The notes under the pieces are model-generated. The model saw nothing but the letters and a program-made list of their open reading frames with translations, did no database searches and was not told the origin of the DNA. 64,000 nt of DNA from Desulfatiglandales bacterium (GTDB lineage: Bacteria > Desulfobacterota > DSM-4660 > Desulfatiglandales > HGW-15), in contig CAXXJJ010000004.1 of NCBI GenBank assembly GCA_963667015.2, positions 3,392,001 through 3,456,000 on the forward strand, given 5' to 3'. The position numbers were made by a program, and so were the translations under genes. Positions 60,296 through 64,000 of this stretch are shown here, one piece after another. The first letter of the stretch is position 1; the number at the start of each line of letters is the position of its first letter.

Positions 60296-62278
60296 ATGAA
60301 ATCCGGTATAAAATATCTTTTTACTGCCCTCCTGATTTTAGTAATACTTGCCTTTACTTCCTGTACCCCTCAAAAAGAAAAAAGACCGGTAAAACCTACC
60401 CTGGATGCGGCACAGTCAGTCTATATGCAGCTTGATCTGAAGGGAGCACAGGAACTTTATGAAAAGGTAGCTGAAGATCCCCTTATTAAAAACCGCGACC
60501 GCAGTAAGGCCATGACAAGGCTTGCAGTGATGGAATGGAAATTCAACAAAGATATCACAAAGGCCCGGCAATGGGTGGACATGGCAATCAAAACAGGCGA
60601 AGAGACTGCTATGGCCTATATTTACCTGAGCCGTATAGAACGGGAAGCAGGTAATTCAGAGAAGGCAAAAGAAGCTGCCAATCAGGCGGAATTGACGGCA
60701 AAGAGTGATGCCGAGAAAAAGGGAGCATCTAACCAGTTTGCGGCAGCAGTCCTGAAGACAGCCGAAGATCAGAAAGACGGGTATGATGAATTATTGAGGC
60801 ATGATTTGATGGAGGCAATGATCCGTCTTTCCGAAGTATTGGACGAGGAGCCTGGAGAAAGGCTTGCATCCGAAAGACTTTTAGGTATTGCACTTCTGCT
60901 TGATAATGGACCTATGGCCTTAAAGGCCTGGCAATCCTTTTACCTGGTTCCCGATGGCGATCACGCAAAGGGAATAATGGCTGCACCGGGTAACGTACTT
61001 GAAAACCTGCTGCCCGGATGGGAGAACAGACCCCTGCTCACTTCAGAACGGGAAGCCCTTATCTTAGCGCTTGCTGATTCCGGATTTTACAAATATGCGG
61101 CAGGGATCGCTGCCGATATCTCTGCCTCGGAGAGCTCATGGACCGCAAATAAAAATCCACGTATAAAAGAGATTATTTTTTACAGCCAATACCTGGAGGA
61201 TCTGGAAGATATTACAAATGAATATTACCGAAAGACCGCCTTTGGTGAGGGATCCAAAGACAGGTACCTCAAGGATTTCGGGATTCTGTCAAAGGAGCTC
61301 TGGCTAAACCTTAATTTTTCTGATGGCCGTCCCGGCTTTGACATAAAAATTTTCCAGAAAACTCTACGGGAGAAATTCGGCGCAGTATCCAATTTGGGCC
61401 CTGTTGAAGGCTATTTCGGCCTGTCCTTCGGGCATATTGTGGTAAATGATCAAAGAAATGTTGTTCAGTACGGACATGAAGCAAAGTTTACCTTTATCGC
61501 CATCGATAACATGATCTCCAATTTTTACACAAGCTGGTTCTGGGATGGCGCGGCATCTGTCGGCGGCTGGGCAAAGATGGATACAATTTATCAGGTTCGC
61601 GAATCCTTTGCCCAGGCACCTTTCCATGAATGGCGGATCATCACAGATCCTGTGGAACGGGTAAAAATGGAAAAAGAGATTCAGGAAAAAAGTGCACAGG
61701 ACGACGAATTGGCAATGAATAACCCTTATGCATATCTGCCCGGCCTGGATGGCCGCCTGCATCTTGCCGCCCTGGATAGAAGGCTTGAGACAGTAGATGA
61801 AAAGGGATACGAGGGCAGCGCGCGATGCATGGCCTATGTCAATGAGTATATGAAGATAAAAATGGATCAAACGATTTTCAGTCATGAAGGACGGCATTGC
61901 ATTGATCAGAAGATGAATCATGATAATTTTAAATGGTGGAAAATCATAACCGGGAGATACAGGCGCATTGCAAGTCCGGAGATGGAGTTTCGCGCCAAGC
62001 TTTCCGAAATTGCATTTTCACATGATCCCCGGATGGCCTTTTGTATGTCAGTATTTAACAATAACATGGGAGATGACACAGCACATGGAACAGCCAATCT
62101 ACGTATTGTAAAAGCGATGGTAGAATGGATGGATCAGCACCGACAGGAAATCCAGGGGTTTGATCATGACCGTCCGCTGCTCCTGCAGTTTGAGCTGTTA
62201 ACTCAGGATCAGATTCGGAGTGCAGCCCGGGCAGTAGACCCGCTTTATCTTGCGCAGAAGGAAAAAGGAAATATATAA
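60296..62278 (+). CDS. Hypothetical lipoprotein with TPR-like N-terminus and C-terminal HEXXH motif
   Basis: Lipobox FTSC, helical repeats, and IFSHEGRHCID followed by EMEFRAKLSE. Confidence 0.65.
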   Translation: MKSGIKYLFTALLILVILAFTSCTPQKEKRPVKPTLDAAQSVYMQLDLKGAQELYEKVAEDPLIKNRDRSKAMTRLAVMEWKFNKDITKARQWVDMAIKTGEETAMAYIYLSRIEREAGNSEKAKEAANQAELTAKSDAEKKGASNQFAAAVLKTAEDQKDGYDELLRHDLMEAMIRLSEVLDEEPGERLASERLLGIALLLDNGPMALKAWQSFYLVPDGDHAKGIMAAPGNVLENLLPGWENRPLLTSEREALILALADSGFYKYAAGIAADISASESSWTANKNPRIKEIIFYSQYLEDLEDITNEYYRKTAFGEGSKDRYLKDFGILSKELWLNLNFSDGRPGFDIKIFQKTLREKFGAVSNLGPVEGYFGLSFGHIVVNDQRNVVQYGHEAKFTFIAIDNMISNFYTSWFWDGAASVGGWAKMDTIYQVRESFAQAPFHEWRIITDPVERVKMEKEIQEKSAQDDELAMNNPYAYLPGLDGRLHLAALDRRLETVDEKGYEGSARCMAYVNEYMKIKMDQTIFSHEGRHCIDQKMNHDNFKWWKIITGRYRRIASPEMEFRAKLSEIAFSHDPRMAFCMSVFNNNMGDDTAHGTANLRIVKAMVEWMDQHRQEIQGFDHDRPLLLQFELLTQDQIRSAARAVDPLYLAQKEKGNI

Positions 62279-62439
62279 AATTCTCATTCCATTGTCGGTT
62301 GGAGCGTATTTTTTTCAAGGGTAGGACGGACCTTGCTTTATTGAAACATACATATATTTGTATTTTTTATGTAACCTTTTTCAGGAACCGTTCTATTAAT
62401 ATTAATGTCCAGTAAATCTATTCAACATCAGGGGATCTT

Positions 62440-63366
62440 ATGCTTAACGTCTCAAACCTTACCAAGGTTTTCGGTAATGTGATCGCGGTGGATCGCATTT
62501 CTTTTAATATTTCCGCAGGTGAAATATTTGGATTTCTCGGCCCGAACGGTGCCGGCAAGACAACAACCATCAATATGATCTGCGGTCTCTTGAAACCGGA
62601 CAGCGGTAAAATTGAACTTGATGGGCAGAGTTTCACACCCGACCGTGCAAATCTTCGCCGGAAGCTCGGGGTAGTGCCTCAGGAGATTGCCCTGTACGAG
62701 GAACTGAACGCCGTCGAGAACCTGAAGTTCTGGGGCCAGCTCTATGGTTTAAAGGGCAAAAATCTTCGTAACCGCATAAATGACCTGCTGGAGTTAAGCG
62801 GACTTTCCAACCGGACAAAGGATCGGGTTAAGACCTATTCAGGAGGCATGAAACGGCGGCTCAATATGATGGCAGGCTTATTACATAAACCCACTTTGTT
62901 ACTGCTGGATGAGCCGACAGTGGGGATCGACCCCCAGGCACGACATAATATCCTCGACTCGGTTAAAGATATTGCCGCACAGGGGACCACTATCCTTTAT
63001 ACAACCCATTACCTCGATGAAGTGGAAGATCTTTGCGACAGGCTGGCCATAATAGACCAGGGCTGTATCCTGGCCATGGGAACAGAAAATGAGATCAAAA
63101 AGACCGTTGGTGAAAGTTCCATCATCAGGATAACAGGCAATATAAAAAGGGAGGTGATTGATGATATTGCTGGTAAATTTACAGGTTTAAAAATTGAATC
63201 GGTAAGTGAGAGGGAGGCACTGTTAAGTGTTCCGTCAGGCAATGGTACCGGGCAGGTTATTGAATCCATTATAAACTCTGAGATCAGCGTCGAGAATATG
63301 CAGATCCGTGAACCTAGCCTGGATTCGGTTTTTATCAAATTGACAGGAAAGGAACTGCGCGACTGA
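62440..63366 (+). CDS. ABC transporter ATP-binding protein (ABC-2 exporter type)
   Basis: GPNGAGKTT, YSGGMKRR, LLDEPTVGIDP, YTTHY and EPSLDSVFIKLTG. Confidence 0.95.
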   Translation: MLNVSNLTKVFGNVIAVDRISFNISAGEIFGFLGPNGAGKTTTINMICGLLKPDSGKIELDGQSFTPDRANLRRKLGVVPQEIALYEELNAVENLKFWGQLYGLKGKNLRNRINDLLELSGLSNRTKDRVKTYSGGMKRRLNMMAGLLHKPTLLLLDEPTVGIDPQARHNILDSVKDIAAQGTTILYTTHYLDEVEDLCDRLAIIDQGCILAMGTENEIKKTVGESSIIRITGNIKREVIDDIAGKFTGLKIESVSEREALLSVPSGNGTGQVIESIINSEISVENMQIREPSLDSVFIKLTGKELRD

Positions 63367-64000
63367 TGTGGACACTTTTTAAAAAAGATCTGCTGCGCTT
63401 GAAAAAGCAGCCAACAGGATTTCTTGTCCTTATCATTCTGCCTATTGCTGCAACGGCCTTGCTGGGCTTTGTTTTTGGCAGCAATGGTGATGTCAGTGTC
63501 ACTCCTCATATCAAGCTTGTAATAGAAGATCATGACGACAGCCTGGTTACCAGAATGATCATAAGCAGTTTTGGCCAGAAGGAACTTGCAAAATATTTTG
63601 AAGTAGAACAGGTTGAAAAGGATCAGGGGCAGATTTTTATAGAAGAGGATAAGGCCTCGGCGCTGGTTATCGTTCCGGAGGGATTCACCGAAGCACTTTT
63701 TAGTGCAGAGCCAACCGAATTCATTATCCTGAAAAATCCAAGCCAGACATTCGGGCCCAAGATCGCCGAAGAAACCTTCAGAATCTTTGCCCTGGGCGGT
63801 GACCGCATTGTACGAGTTGCCGAAGCGCCCCTCAAGGCTATCAGGGAGGAGGCTGACACGGATGACTTCCCGCTTGATGACATGGTAGCAAAAATATCCG
63901 TTATGGTTAACCAGATCATACGAAAAACTGTTCCTGTTATCGAAGATCCGCCAATTACCCTGAAAACCCGAACCGAATCCAGTGACAAACCGGAATCCGG
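63366..64000 (+). CDS. ABC-2 exporter permease (runs off the window edge)
   Basis: ATG overlaps the ATPase stop (TGATG). MWTLFKKDLLRLKKQPTGFLVLIILP...IEDHDDS...ALVIVPEGF. Confidence 0.85.
   Translation, partial: MWTLFKKDLLRLKKQPTGFLVLIILPIAATALLGFVFGSNGDVSVTPHIKLVIEDHDDSLVTRMIISSFGQKELAKYFEVEQVEKDQGQIFIEEDKASALVIVPEGFTEALFSAEPTEFIILKNPSQTFGPKIAEETFRIFALGGDRIVRVAEAPLKAIREEADTDDFPLDDMVAKISVMVNQIIRKTVPVIEDPPITLKTRTESSDKPES

Overview
Bacterial window, probably Desulfobacterota (inferred from gene content such as the PPIase-PPIase-rodZ-tyrS-rpoH-TPR block). (1) 1-5.3 kb: a carboxylesterase, a 5'-truncated tannase/feruloyl esterase and a xylFGH-like sugar ABC operon with a frameshifted ATPase. (2) About 5.9-19 kb: a rearranged accessory/defence region. 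It holds several gene stubs, a PAS hybrid kinase between ~195-bp structured direct repeats, a Type III R-M system (mod, KilA-N, res) preceded by a Type I hsdM stub, and a ParB-HTH-DNA methyltransferase fusion; a diverged copy of that gene's 3' junction lies 12 kb upstream. (3) A PilZ / Ser-Thr kinase-TPR / LysM / pentapeptide cluster, a CBM9-DUF5916 protein, an orphan motB-motA pair, a tricorn protease and housekeeping genes. (4) 41.3-57.0 kb, the most unusual locus: a seven-gene hybrid ABC/RND export operon. It includes an RND permease fused in frame to an ABC ATPase whose nucleotide-binding domain appears interrupted by a membrane insert, and an ABC-2 permease fused to an M1-peptidase-like ectodomain lacking HEXXH. 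(5) NAT, YjgN/M48, an HEXXH lipoprotein and another ABC transporter. I saw no rRNA, tRNA, CRISPR array, integrase or intact transposase. All family assignments come from motif recognition by eye, not database searches.
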